Positions 16,533 through 31,255 of a DNA stretch of 64,000 nucleotides are shown here, piece after piece. Position 1 is the first letter of the stretch. Each line of letters begins with the position of its first letter. Position numbers and translations under genes: made by a program. The notes under the pieces are model-generated. The model saw only the letters and a program-made list of their open reading frames with translations, had not been told where the DNA came from and searched no databases. The DNA is from the human T2T-CHM13v2.0 reference genome, Homo sapiens: assembly GCF_009914755.1 (NCBI RefSeq), contig NC_060938.1; one strand, 5' to 3'.

Positions 16533-19431
16533 TGTATTAGTCTGTTCTCACACTGCTAATAAAGACATACCTGAGACTAGATAATTTATAAAGAAAGAGA
16601 GATTTAATGGACTCACAGTTCCATGTGGCTGGGGAGGCCTTACAATCATGGCAGAAGGCAAAAGGCATGTCTTACATGGCAGCAGGCAAGACAGAGTGAG
16701 AGCCAAGTGAAAGGGGGTTTCCCCTTATCATTATTATTATTATTTTAGACGGAGTTTTGCTCTTGTTGTCCAGGCTGAAGTGCAATGGCGCAATCTTGGA
16801 TAACCAAAACCTCCACCTCCTGGGTTCAAGTGATTCTCCTGCCTCAGCCTCCCACGTAGCTGGGATTACACGCATGCACCACCATGCCTGGCTAATTTTT
16901 TTGTATTTTTAGTAGAGACAAGGTTTCTCTATGTTGGTCAGGCTAGTATTGAACTCCCAGCCTCAGGTGATCTGCCCACCTTGGCCTCCCAAAGTGCTGG
17001 GATTACAGGCATGAGCCACTGTGCCTGGCCTGGGGTTTCCCCTTATAAAACCATCAGATCTCATGAGACTTATTCACTACCATGAGAATAGTATGGGGGA
17101 AACCACCACTATGATTCAATTATCTCTCACCAGGTCCCTCTCACAACACATGGGAATTATGGGAGCTACAATTCAAGATGAGATTTGGGTGGGGGCACAG
17201 CCAAACCCAATCATTCTGCCCCTGGCTCCTTCCAAATCTCATGTCCTCCTATTTCAAAACCAATCATGCCTTCCCAACAGTCCCCCAAAGTCTTAACTCA
17301 TTTCAGCATTAACTCAAAAGTTTACAGTTCAAAGTCTCATTTGAGACAAGGCAAGTCCCTTCCACCTATGAGCCTATAAAATCAGAAGCAAGTTAGTTAC
17401 TTCCTAGATACAATAAGTTACAGGCATTGGATAACTACACCCATTCCAAATGGGACAAATTGGCCAAAACAAAGGGGCTAAAGGCCCCATGCAAGTCCAA
17501 AATCCAGCAGGGCAGTCAAATCTTTTTTTTTTTTTTTTTTTTGAGACGGAGTCTTGCTCTGTTGCCCAGAGTGCAGCGGCATGATCTTAGCTCACCACAA
17601 CCTCTGCCTCCCAGGTTCAAGCGATTCTTCTGCCTCAGCCTCCTGAGTAGCGGACTACAGGCATGTGCCACTATGCCAGACTAATTTTTGTATTTTTAGT
17701 AGAGATGGGGTTTCAGTATTTTGTCCAGGCTGGCCTTGAATGCCTGACCTCATGATCCACCTGCCTCAGCCTCCCAGAGTGCTGGGATTACAGGCGTGAG
17801 CCACCACGCCCAGCTACAGTCAAACCTTAAGGCTTCAAAATGATCTCCTTTGACTCCATATCTCACATCCAGGTCATGCTGATGCAAGAGGTAGGCTCCC
17901 ACGGTCTTGGGCAGCTCTGCCTCTATGGCTTTGCATGGTACAGCCTCCCTCCTAGCTGCTTTCATAGGCTGGTATTGAGTGTCTGTGGCTTTTCCAGGCA
18001 CATGGTACAAGCTGTTGCTGGATCTACCGTTCTGGGATCTGGAGGATAGTGGCCCTCTTGTCACAGCTCCACTAGGCAGTGCCCCAGTTGGAACTCTGTG
18101 TGGGGGCTTCAACCCCACATTTCCCTTCTGCACTGCCCTAGCAGAGGTTCTCCATGTGGGCCCCTCCCCTGCAGCAAACTTCTGCCTGGACATCCACACA
18201 CTTCCATACATCCTCTAAAATCTAGGTGGAAGTTCCCAAACCTCAATTCTTGATTTCTGTGTATCTGCAGGCTCAATACAATGTGGAAGCTGCCAAGGGT
18301 TGGGGCTTGCACCCTCTGAAGCCATGGCCCGAGCCATACCTTGTCCCCTTTTAACCATAGCTAGAGTGGCTGGGATGCAGGACACCAAGTTCCTAGGCTG
18401 CACACAGCAAGGGGTCCCTGGGTCCAGGCCATGAAACCATTTTTCCCTCCTAGGCCTCTGGGCCTGTGATGGGAGGGGCTGCCACAGATGGCTCTGACAT
18501 GCCCTGGAGGCATTAACATTTGGCTCCTGGTTACTTATGCAAATTTCTGCAGCCAGCTTGAATTTCTCCCCAGAAAATGGGTTTTTCTTTTCTATCACAT
18601 TGTCAGGCTGCAAATTTTCCGAACTTTTATGCTCTGTTTCCCTTTTAAAACTGGATGCTTTTAACATCACCAAAGTATCTCTTGAATGCTTTGCTGCTTA
18701 GAAATTTCTTCTGCCAAGTACCCTAAATCATCTTCCTCAAGTTCAAAGTTCCACAAGTCTCTAGGGCAGGGGCAAAATGTCATCCATATCTTTGCCAAAA
18801 CCCAGCAAGAGTCATCTTTACTTCAGTCCCCACAAGTTCCTCATCTCCATCTGAGACCACCTCAGCCTGGATTTCATTATCCACATCACTATCAGCATTT
18901 TGGTCACAGACATTCAACAAGTCTCTAGGAAGTTCCAGACTTTCCCACATTTTCGTCTTCTTCTGAGCCCTCCAAACTGTTCCAACCTCTGCCTGTTACC
19001 CAGTTCCAAAGTCACTTCCACATTTTCAGTTATCTTTATAGCTGCACCCCACTCTTGGTACCAACTTACTGTATTAGTCTGTTCTCATCCTGTTAACAAA
19101 GACATACCTGAGACTGGGTAATTTATAAAGACAAAGAGGTTTAATGGACTCACAGGTCCATGTGGCTGGGGAGGCCTCACAATCATGGCAGAAGGTGAAA
19201 GGCATGTCTTATATGGAAGCAGGCAAGACAGAATGAGAGCCAAACAAAACGGGGTTTCCCCTTATAAAACCATCAGATCTCATGAGACTTCTTCACTACC
19301 ACAAGAACAGTACAGGGGAAACCACCTTCATGATTCAATTATCTCACAATGGTCCTTCCCACAACACATGGGAATTATGGGAGCTACAGTTCAAGATGAG
19401 ATTTGGGTTGGGACACAGCCAGACTATATCA
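16533..19431 (-). mobile_element. Two-LTR THE1 (THE1B/C-like) MaLR: LTR 16533-17213, internal 17214-19069, LTR 19070-19431; Alus inserted at 16730-17030 and 17523-17814
   Basis: Paired LTRs, TSD GCATC at 16528-16532 and 19432-19436; MaLR internal ORF remnants (18215-18673 and 17750-18211, - strand). Confidence 0.95.
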
Positions 19432-19559
19432 GCATCTGTGTGTAAATTAGAAATGGCTGGGAGGATGCAGCCTAGGGCACTCAGTTTGGCAAGACTATGC
19501 CAAGACACGTGGTTTGGTGACTAAATCAGGGGCTGGATTTTAGTTCCCCATTATCCTCT

Positions 19560-20060
19560 AATATTAATTAACATTAGTGGCTTAATGCAATAAATATTTA
19601 TTTAGTTTTAGTTTGAGTTATTTTAAGAGATGGAGTCTTGCTAGTTTGCCCAGGCTGGAGTGCAGTGGCTGTTTATAGGCGTGATCATAGCTCACTGCAG
19701 CCTTGAACTCTTTGACTCAAATGATCCTCCCACCTCAGCCTCCTGAGTAGCTGGTACTACAGGCCCATGCCACCAGGCCTGGCTAAGATTTATTTCTTGC
19801 TCACGTCACAGTCCAATGCCTATAGGGTTGCTCTCCTCAAAGTGGATAATTAGGGATCTAGGCTACCTCTATCTTATAGTGGGATGATTGGAATATGTAG
19901 CGTCTAAGATCACCAAGGCAGAGGAAGAAAGAGCTGGAAGTTCTTGAAGGGGCACTTAAGACCAGGCTTGGAAGTGACTCACATCACTTCTGCCCACATT
20001 TTATTGGCTAGAGTGTGGTGTGAACTTGACTACCATGGTGGCTTGGAAATATAAAGGAGC
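19560..20060 (-). mobile_element. Old MLT1-type LTR with FRAM-like Alu monomer (19600-19783)
   Basis: agtggcttaa...atttatttcttgctcac...catcacttctgcccacattttattggc. Confidence 0.6.
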
Positions 20061-20154
20061 ACAGTAACTTGTAATGTTCTATGGCTAGAAAGCACTAGAG
20101 GATGATTCTAGTAGTTTGAGAGGATTATAAGAATATTAGGGGAAATCTGGTGTA

Positions 20155-20769
20155 CAGCAGGTCCTTGAATAATGTCATGTGGTTCAATCTCATTTCATTA
20201 TAATGATGATGAGAAAAAAATTTTCCAACACAACCAGGGGCCACTGTCTGCAGAGTTTGCATATTTTCCCCATGTCAGTGTGGGTTTTCTCTGGGTACTC
20301 TGGTTTCCACCTATATCCCAAAGATGTGCACATTAGGTGGATTGCCATGTCTACACTGTTCCAGTCTGAGTGTGTCTGTGCGTGTGTGTGTGCACACGTG
20401 CACGCCTGCCCTGTGATGGGACAGCATACTGTTCAGGGCTGGGTCCTGCCTTGACCCCTGAGCTGCTGGGACAGGCTCCAGCCACCTGTGATCCTGAACT
20501 GGAATAAATGGGTAAATAATTATCTTCCTTGTTTTTATTAATTCTTCTTAAATGTATGTATAGCTCACATTTATTTCAGTGTTAAATATTAGAAGTGTTT
20601 TGGTCTTTATTTAGAAGTTTGGTGATTTTTCGTGACCAGAAATAGGCCATAGGAACTTAACTCTTGTTTATATCAATTAGCCTGTGGTACAATTGGTTTC
20701 CTTATATGGCATTTTGCTTAAAGTTGCAGTTCCCAAAAGCCTATTGATGCCTTAAGTAAGGACTTGCTG
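20155..20769 (+). mobile_element. MER6A (TcMar-Tigger non-autonomous element)
   Basis: ta|cagcaggtccttgaataa start, gagtttgca...gggtactctggtttcc core, taaggacttgctg end. Confidence 0.85.
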
Positions 20770-20934
20770 CTGTTTATTCAATTTTCATTTTGACTGTAAT
20801 AAAAGTGTAATATCCTTTCTCTTATACACATCACTGTAGAGATTTAATGAGCATCCATGTCTAGCAATTTAGTTTTTCTAGAACTGTACATATGGAAAAT
20901 TGAGTCACAAATACAGAAGGACCTCCAGACATTA

Positions 20935-22099
<1,165 letters not shown>

Positions 22100-23376
22100 G
22101 ATATTTTTTGAATAGTATTGCATAGGCTCAGACAATCAAAACAGACCACTGACCAATGAGAATTTTGCCATGTTGGTGAACATCAGCCCTGACAAACAGC
22201 CCAGGACACTTGAAATCCAAGGCCATGAATGTTCATAGGTCTTAGACTTTCATGAAAATCCAGATTTTTAATATTAGACTTAGTTGTTGGATCACTTGCC
22301 ATTTGGTGAAAAAAATATGGTCATCACAGGCATAGTTACATGGTAGGAGCTGGCAAATGCATTCCTTGTAAGTTGCAGAGGAAAGTTAATCACGCATAGT
22401 TTTGTGTTAGAGGGACATGGAATATTAAAGGTAAAAGGACTGCATGGATTATTTTATTAGGGTAAGAATATTCTTCATCTTTAAAATAAGGCCAAGGAAG
22501 GAAAAAGTTAATTAGATTTCTTCTATTATTTAGGAATGGGGACATAAGCTTGTATAAGGTTTCCTATGATATTTTAAAAACAGCTATTTTAAAAGCTATT
22601 AAAACTTCATTGGAAACCATTTGCAAGATCTAATAACATGTAAAGACAAAACTTCTTTCATTTAGTCTGTTGTAATAAAATCTACTTTCTTCATTCATTC
22701 ATTCACTCATCCACTTATTCAATAACTGTTCATTGAACATTTCCCACAGGCCAAGCACTGTTCTAGACACTGGGGATATCATGGTCAACCCATCTGATTC
22801 CAGAATTTTTAAAAATATATTTTGCTATTTTGTACATGAAATATGGAACCTGAAAGAGTGAATAGAACATTGGGTTTAGGATTGGAAGACCTGAATTCTA
22901 AATGCAGTTATCACAAGCATAAACTATTTTTCTTTTTCTTTTGTTTTCATACCCTTCATGTGGCATCCAGTCAACCATAAACTATATCAATGGTATCAAA
23001 TAACTATTCAACCGTGCCCCAAATCTCATTAATCTTTAGTTACTTTTTTACCCAATCATCAAGTTCTTCAAAATTTTTGAAATTTGCCTTCTGCCATCCA
23101 TTCCATTATTCTTGATATTTCTTAAGTTGTTATCCAGAGCTATACCTCATATGGGTGTGTATGTCATGTACCACAAGTGGCAGAGACATTAGTGTCCATC
23201 AAATATCCATATACTCCTCTATATTTCCCTGTTAATTCCCTGTTAGTCTTCCCTGTTGGTTCAGGGGTATACGACTTCTGTTGCCATTATTTATATAAAC
23301 TCTTTACTTCAACACATGATAGCATTAGCTTTTGATAAACCTACTCTGGAGATTAGCTTTCCAAATGGCTGTCTTA

Positions 23377-23679
<303 letters not shown>

Positions 23680-24349
23680 TTATATGAAGACAGTTTTGTA
23701 CCATTATCATACCGCTTTCACCTTTTTGCTATTTTTAAAAGAAGCCATGAGGGTTGCACTTATATAACTCATAACTTCTCCTGAGCCCACCTTTTACCAG
23801 ACCAATGTAAGGGAGGCTGAGTCAGTTGGTGAGAAGCTACATGGTGTAAAGATGAGCTCCAAAAGCCCACTTGACTTCATAAACAGAACCAAATCCAACA
23901 ATTATTGGAAACAACACACGGGGGAATTTGCAAAAACCAATATGAGGACTGACGCTGAACTGAATTGCTAAGTACTGGGAATAGAAGGAGGGAATGGTAA
24001 GAGCTATGAGTGAATATTGGAGAGATTAGGAGAATTGCAGAAAATTGAAGGAGAAAGCAAGGGAAAAAAGTATAGCAGGGTACCAAAGATGTCAGCCAGT
24101 TCCTGTGTTTGCTACACCCATGTCCATAGCCCTTGCTGAAGGGGTAGCCACCACCACCTTGAAGTAGTTTGGACCAAAGTAACACCTGATTCAAGGCCAG
24201 AAGACCTATGACATGGCTTGGAAGAAAGAGATATGCGGGCCTAACAAGACTTCCTTCTCTGGAGAATGTGTAATAGGAAACTGAGAATTTGCAAGTTAAG
24301 ATAGTATCTATGCCGTAAGGAAGATGAAATTATAAGGGATCCAAAATTA

Positions 24350-24689
<340 letters not shown>

Positions 24690-24967
24690 GGGATTGAGTT
24701 GGTAGTGAGAGAAGAGCAGGAAAAGGAATGCCATGGGGAATGCGGAAACGTGAGAGACATGGAGGCGCAGCTTTTTAGGTGCCTCAGTATCCGACAGTGT
24801 TTCAGCTCTGGGGTAAGTCTCAGTTCTTGTGTTTTTAAACAAGCCCCTCTTTCTTTGAAGTAAACTGAGTGATTCCTGGGTCCTTGCACTTTAAAGAGCT
24901 CAAGTAAGTTGCATAGTCTTCTCAGCCCTTTGATATGTGAGTGTAGGAGCCCAAAAGATGGAGTGTG

Positions 24968-25570
24968 ATTTTTTTTTTTTTTTTTTTTTTTGAGAATGGG
25001 TCTTGTTCTGTCCCACAGGCTGGAATGCTGTGCATGAACACAGCTCTCTGCAGCCTCAACCTTGGGCTCAAGTTATCCTCCCACCTCAGCCTACAAAGTA
25101 GCTAGGACCACAGGCATGCACCATCATGCCCAGCTAATTAAAAAAAAAAAATCTGGGGCTGGGCGTGGTGGCTCACACCTGTAATCCCAGCACTTTGGGA
25201 GGCCGAGGCGGGTGGATCACAAGGTCAGGAGATCGAGACCATCTTGGCTAACACGGTGAAACCCCGTCTCTACTAAAAATACAAAAAATTAGCTGGGCGT
25301 GGTGGCAGGCGCCTGTAGTCGCAGCTACTTGGGAGGCTGAGGCAGGAGAATGGCATGAACTAGGGAGGCGGCTTGCAGTGAGCCGAGATCGCGCCACTGC
25401 ACTCCAGCCTGGGTGACAGAGTGAGACTCCGTCTAAAGCAAAAAAAAATTGTAGAGATGGGGTTCTTGCCATGTTGCCTATGCTGGTCTCCAACTCCTGG
25501 GCTCAAACAATCTCCTGCCTCAGCCTCTTAAAGTGCTGGGATTTTAGGTGTGAGCCACTGTGCCCGCCTG
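24968..25570 (-). mobile_element. AluJ with an opposite-strand AluY (25157-25448, +) inserted in its linker
   Basis: J right arm, then AluY (ggctaacacggtg, gaatggcatgaac), then J left arm. Confidence 0.92.
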
Positions 25571-25914
25571 GAGTATATTTTAAACTAAATGATCAGTCTT
25601 GAAATAAATACAAGTTAACCCCACTTGACCTCTATCTATGTAGGTTTATAAGTCTACTTGTAAATCACACCAGCACAATTTATAGGGAGTTGTTTTTAGA
25701 ACCTTTAGTCCTTGCTTTAAATACCAACAGTTGTGTTATAGCATGTACTGCAGAACTGAAATGACATTCAGACTTTGGTCTAGGAAATCTTGTCAATCAC
25801 TTCTTTCTTCTGCTTCCTTAGATTCTGTTTTCATGTTATCTTGATTTTGGATTTAGATCAGATAATTATAGGGTCTGCAAAGGCTTGCTTTAGTTTAGGA
25901 TTTTTGTAGAGCCA

Positions 25915-26160
25915 TAAATGGCTAATATTTATGGTGTACTTATTCAGTGTCAGGCTCTGTTCTTAGGAGTATTATATGTAATAACTTATTTAATACTAAC
26001 AACAACCCTATGATGTAGATACTATTATTATTCCTACTTTACAGATATGAAAAAATGAGACAGAGAGTTTTAAAGTTTCCCAAGGTCTCACAGCTATTAA
26101 TTGGTGAGCAAGGATTCAAATATAGTTAGAATCAACATTCTGAACCATGATTTTATATGG
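25915..26160 (-). mobile_element. MIR
   Basis: aacaaccctatga...ttacagat...cccaaggtctcacagcta. Confidence 0.75.
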
Positions 26161-26659
26161 CCTTGTTCCCATGGAAACTAGAAGATCCTGACTAACCAGA
26201 GGTTATGTTTCTCAATCCTGTTGGCAGTTATATTGCAATGAAAATTAATTAACTCATTCAATAAATATGCTACATGGTGGGGATCAAGACAGATAGGCAG
26301 GATCTCTGCTTTCAAGAGGGCCTCTGGTTTTTCAGACTTTTGTCAGTTTGGTTAGAGTTAGTGTTTTCCCATCAGACTCTAATTTGCCCTTGGGTTAACA
26401 TATAAGGTAGAATTTTTGCCTCTGAAAAGCTGAACATTGGAACTTTAGTGACTTTAGCAAGGTTTATTCTTGCTGGAGCAAGTATTTATATCATACTGAT
26501 AGTGGTTAATTTTTTTTTTTTTTTGGCTGCAATTTTTCCTTATGACCTTGCTCCTACCCATCCTTCCCCAGATTGTCTATTTTTGGATTTTTAATTTTTA
26601 AAATATAATAATATGTACTTGTTTCTGTAATAGTTCTTTCAAGATCCTTTCTAGATTTG

Positions 26660-27545
<886 letters not shown>

Positions 27546-27594
27546 CCTTGCTTCTTTTTATACAGCCTTATTGATCCAGCCTAACTCAATATAG

Positions 27595-27677
27595 TTTATT
27601 AAATTGCAATGGTATTGTATCAATAGTATCAGAATTTATTAAACTGCAATGGTATTATTGTATCAATAGTATCAGAA
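27595..27677. repeat. 40/43-bp tandem duplication
   Basis: tttattaaa(t/c)tgcaatggtatt(att)gtatcaatagtatcagaa twice. Confidence 0.9.
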
Positions 27678-27679
27678 TT

Positions 27680-28830
27680 AGTGGCATATAACAGTAAAAC
27701 CTAGATAATAGTGGCTTAAATAAAACAGCAGCTTACACAAAATAATTTTGGAAATGAGCAATCCAGGATTGGCGTGGAGGCTTGACAAAGTTGTCAAGGA
27801 GCCAGCTCCCTCCCAGTCACTATTATGTTATTCCCAGGGTACAGCTATCCTCCTCATGGTCCAAGATGGCTGAAAGGGCTCCAGTCATCACATCATCATG
27901 CCTCAGGTAATGGGATGGAGAGAAGCGATAAGAAGGGTGCATCTCCTTCATTTTCATGATTTTTTTAAAAAATGTAAGCACTGCACAATATTTCTGCTTA
28001 GATCTCAATAGGCAGAATTTAGTCATGCAGCCACATCCATTGCAGGGGAGACTAGGAAAAGTAAGATTTTAGTTGAGTTCCAATAGGACTATCCAGAAAT
28101 GGGGATTTGTGATTATGGAAAAATGAGAAAAGATATAGGAAGGTAAATCTGAAGTGTCTTCTACTGGGAGCTTACATATAGTTAGTATCTTATAAAAATT
28201 TGTTGATTCACTTTCATAAACTTGATGGTCATATTCTTAGTGGTATCATCCAGGTCATTAATGAAAAGTAATACATCTAAAAATTTTTCCTCTTCTTATT
28301 TTTTTTACTTTATGATAATAGAGCATATTATTGCATTAATTGCATCTACAATAAACCTACCTGGAAATAGCTTAGGCAAGATGGAAACAATATTGGAAGG
28401 ATACAGGGAAAGCCTAGAAACAGAGGAGCCTAAGCAGAAGAAAAGGCAGAAATTCAACTACTGGTCAGCAAAACCTGGAACTGAGAATTCCAGTATAAGG
28501 ATACTTCTGTCTTCTCTGCTTCCTCTTTCCACTGACTTTATTCTCTAATGCAGAATGAGTTTCTCCACTTGGCAAATGACTAATGACTTCTCCCAGATTT
28601 TATATCTAGGTGAGGCCTGAGATAATCTCTCTTCTCACATCTATAAACATTCTGGAGGAATGGGTTCATTGTCCCATCTTGGGTCAGGTGTCCCCCTCTT
28701 GACCAATTAGGTGTGGGCAATGGACAGCGGTCACACAGCTCTCGCTGCCATCATAATAAAAATGTGGGCATGAGAGCAGTAGTTCCTATAGGAAAGGTGG
28801 GTGCTGGCCACACACTAATATAGGTATACG
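27680..28830 (-). mobile_element. Old MLT1-type LTR fragments
   Basis: agtggcttaaataa, ccaagatggctg, ttagtcatg motifs; diverged. Confidence 0.5.
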
Positions 28831-29119
28831 TTAAAATTATATGAGATGATAAAATACAGGTCGATGGTCTGAATTAAATGAATGGTAAAGGAGAACAGGA
28901 TCTATCCTAATGCATAAAAATGGTTTAGCTATGAATAAACATCATTTAATAGGGCTGCAATGTATACAACATTTACTATATGTCAAGAATTGTACTAAGT
29001 GCTTTTTGTATGTTGAGTCATTTATTTTATACAACCCCATGAGCTAGGGGACATCATCCCTTCTTATAGATGGAAAAACCAGAGCTCAGAGAGGTTAAGT
29101 AACTTGCCCAAGGTCAGAT

Positions 29120-29941
<822 letters not shown>

Positions 29942-30499
29942 AAAAAGCTAGTAAGTCTGAGAGTAATATACTGGCTCAATACTTCTCTATCCTAAGTTGG
30001 AAACTATGGTCAATTTTGATGAAGAAATTATTAGCTATTTCCCTACTTCAATTTTGCCATACCAAAGCTATATGAGCTTGATAAACCTTGTAATGTCTTA
30101 CAAGGTTTTAATCTCTTCATCTGTAAGAAGATTGGATTGAATCAAATTACTCTCTCTCCTTGTTAATACAGATAATACTTTTTTTTCTGAAGGCAAGAGT
30201 ATGATCTATTACATTAAAATGTTTTTAATGTATCCAATATATTTAAAAAAATAGAGACAGGGGTCTTGCTATGGTTGCCCAGCCTGGTCTTGAACTCCTG
30301 GCCTCAAGTGATCCTCCCACCTTGGCTTCCCAAAATGTTGAGGTGAAGGTATGAGCCATAATTGCTGGCTATATCCAATACGTTTTAGTGCTTCTTGAGA
30401 CATATCTGTGTTAGGAACTGAGATGAAATTAAAGATATACAAGATAGAGTTTTTGCTTACAGTGTTATGGTGGGAACAAACAAACATAATTATTATTTT

Positions 30500-31255
30500 G
30501 TAGAATTAATAGTCCAGGAAAGAATAGTTTTCAGGAGTGGTATGACCACAGCTCAATCAAATCTGCAAGGGTTTTCTATCTGTCTGCCATCGCCAGTAGG
30601 TTGACTTCATTTTCAGGTTAGTTCCTCTTGCAAGATTGCTGCCAATGGCAATCTGGGTTACAGGTTGACTTGCTCATATCTGGCAGGAAAGAGAGAACTC
30701 CTTCCCCCAGATATGGACTGAAAATCCTTTCCTTCAGTCTGATTGGGCTAGTTTATCCTGGTCCTAATGGTTTTCAAGTGTATCAATTAGAATAGTCTAG
30801 GACTATTCTAATTCTAGCATATTCTAGTCTAGCATAACCTAGATGCTAGGTCATACTGCATTGAAAAATGCCCCCAAATCTCAGTGGCTTAAACTACAAA
30901 GGTGTATTTCTTATTAAAACCAGATGAAAATGGGAGGCAGGCTGCTCTACCTTGTCCTTTTTTTTGGAAGTTAAGCCTAGAGAGGCTTTACCGATACTTT
31001 CAAGATAATACTGGTCTTGAGTCTGGAGAAGAGTAAACACTGTAAGGACTTACGCTGGCCATGAACTGTTCTACCTGGAATTGACACATACCACTTCTGC
31101 CCACAACCCACTACAGACTGGTGGCTATAGCTAGTCAGTCACATGGTCCAGCCCAACTGCAAGGGGAGGAGGGTATCTGGGGGTGGGTGTGGAAAAATAT
31201 AATCTTTTTGTATGTCTGGAAAGAGAGAGTAAGCATGATAAATCTCCTACCATAT
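30500..31255 (-). mobile_element. Two adjacent MLT1-type LTR fragments
   Basis: cccaaatctcagtggcttaa, cacttctgcccaca, tagtcagtcacatgg motifs. Confidence 0.5.

Noticed and set aside
17750-18673. 152-153 aa ORFs in the THE1 internal region
   Set aside because: Broken remnants of the MaLR internal ORF, running into an Alu
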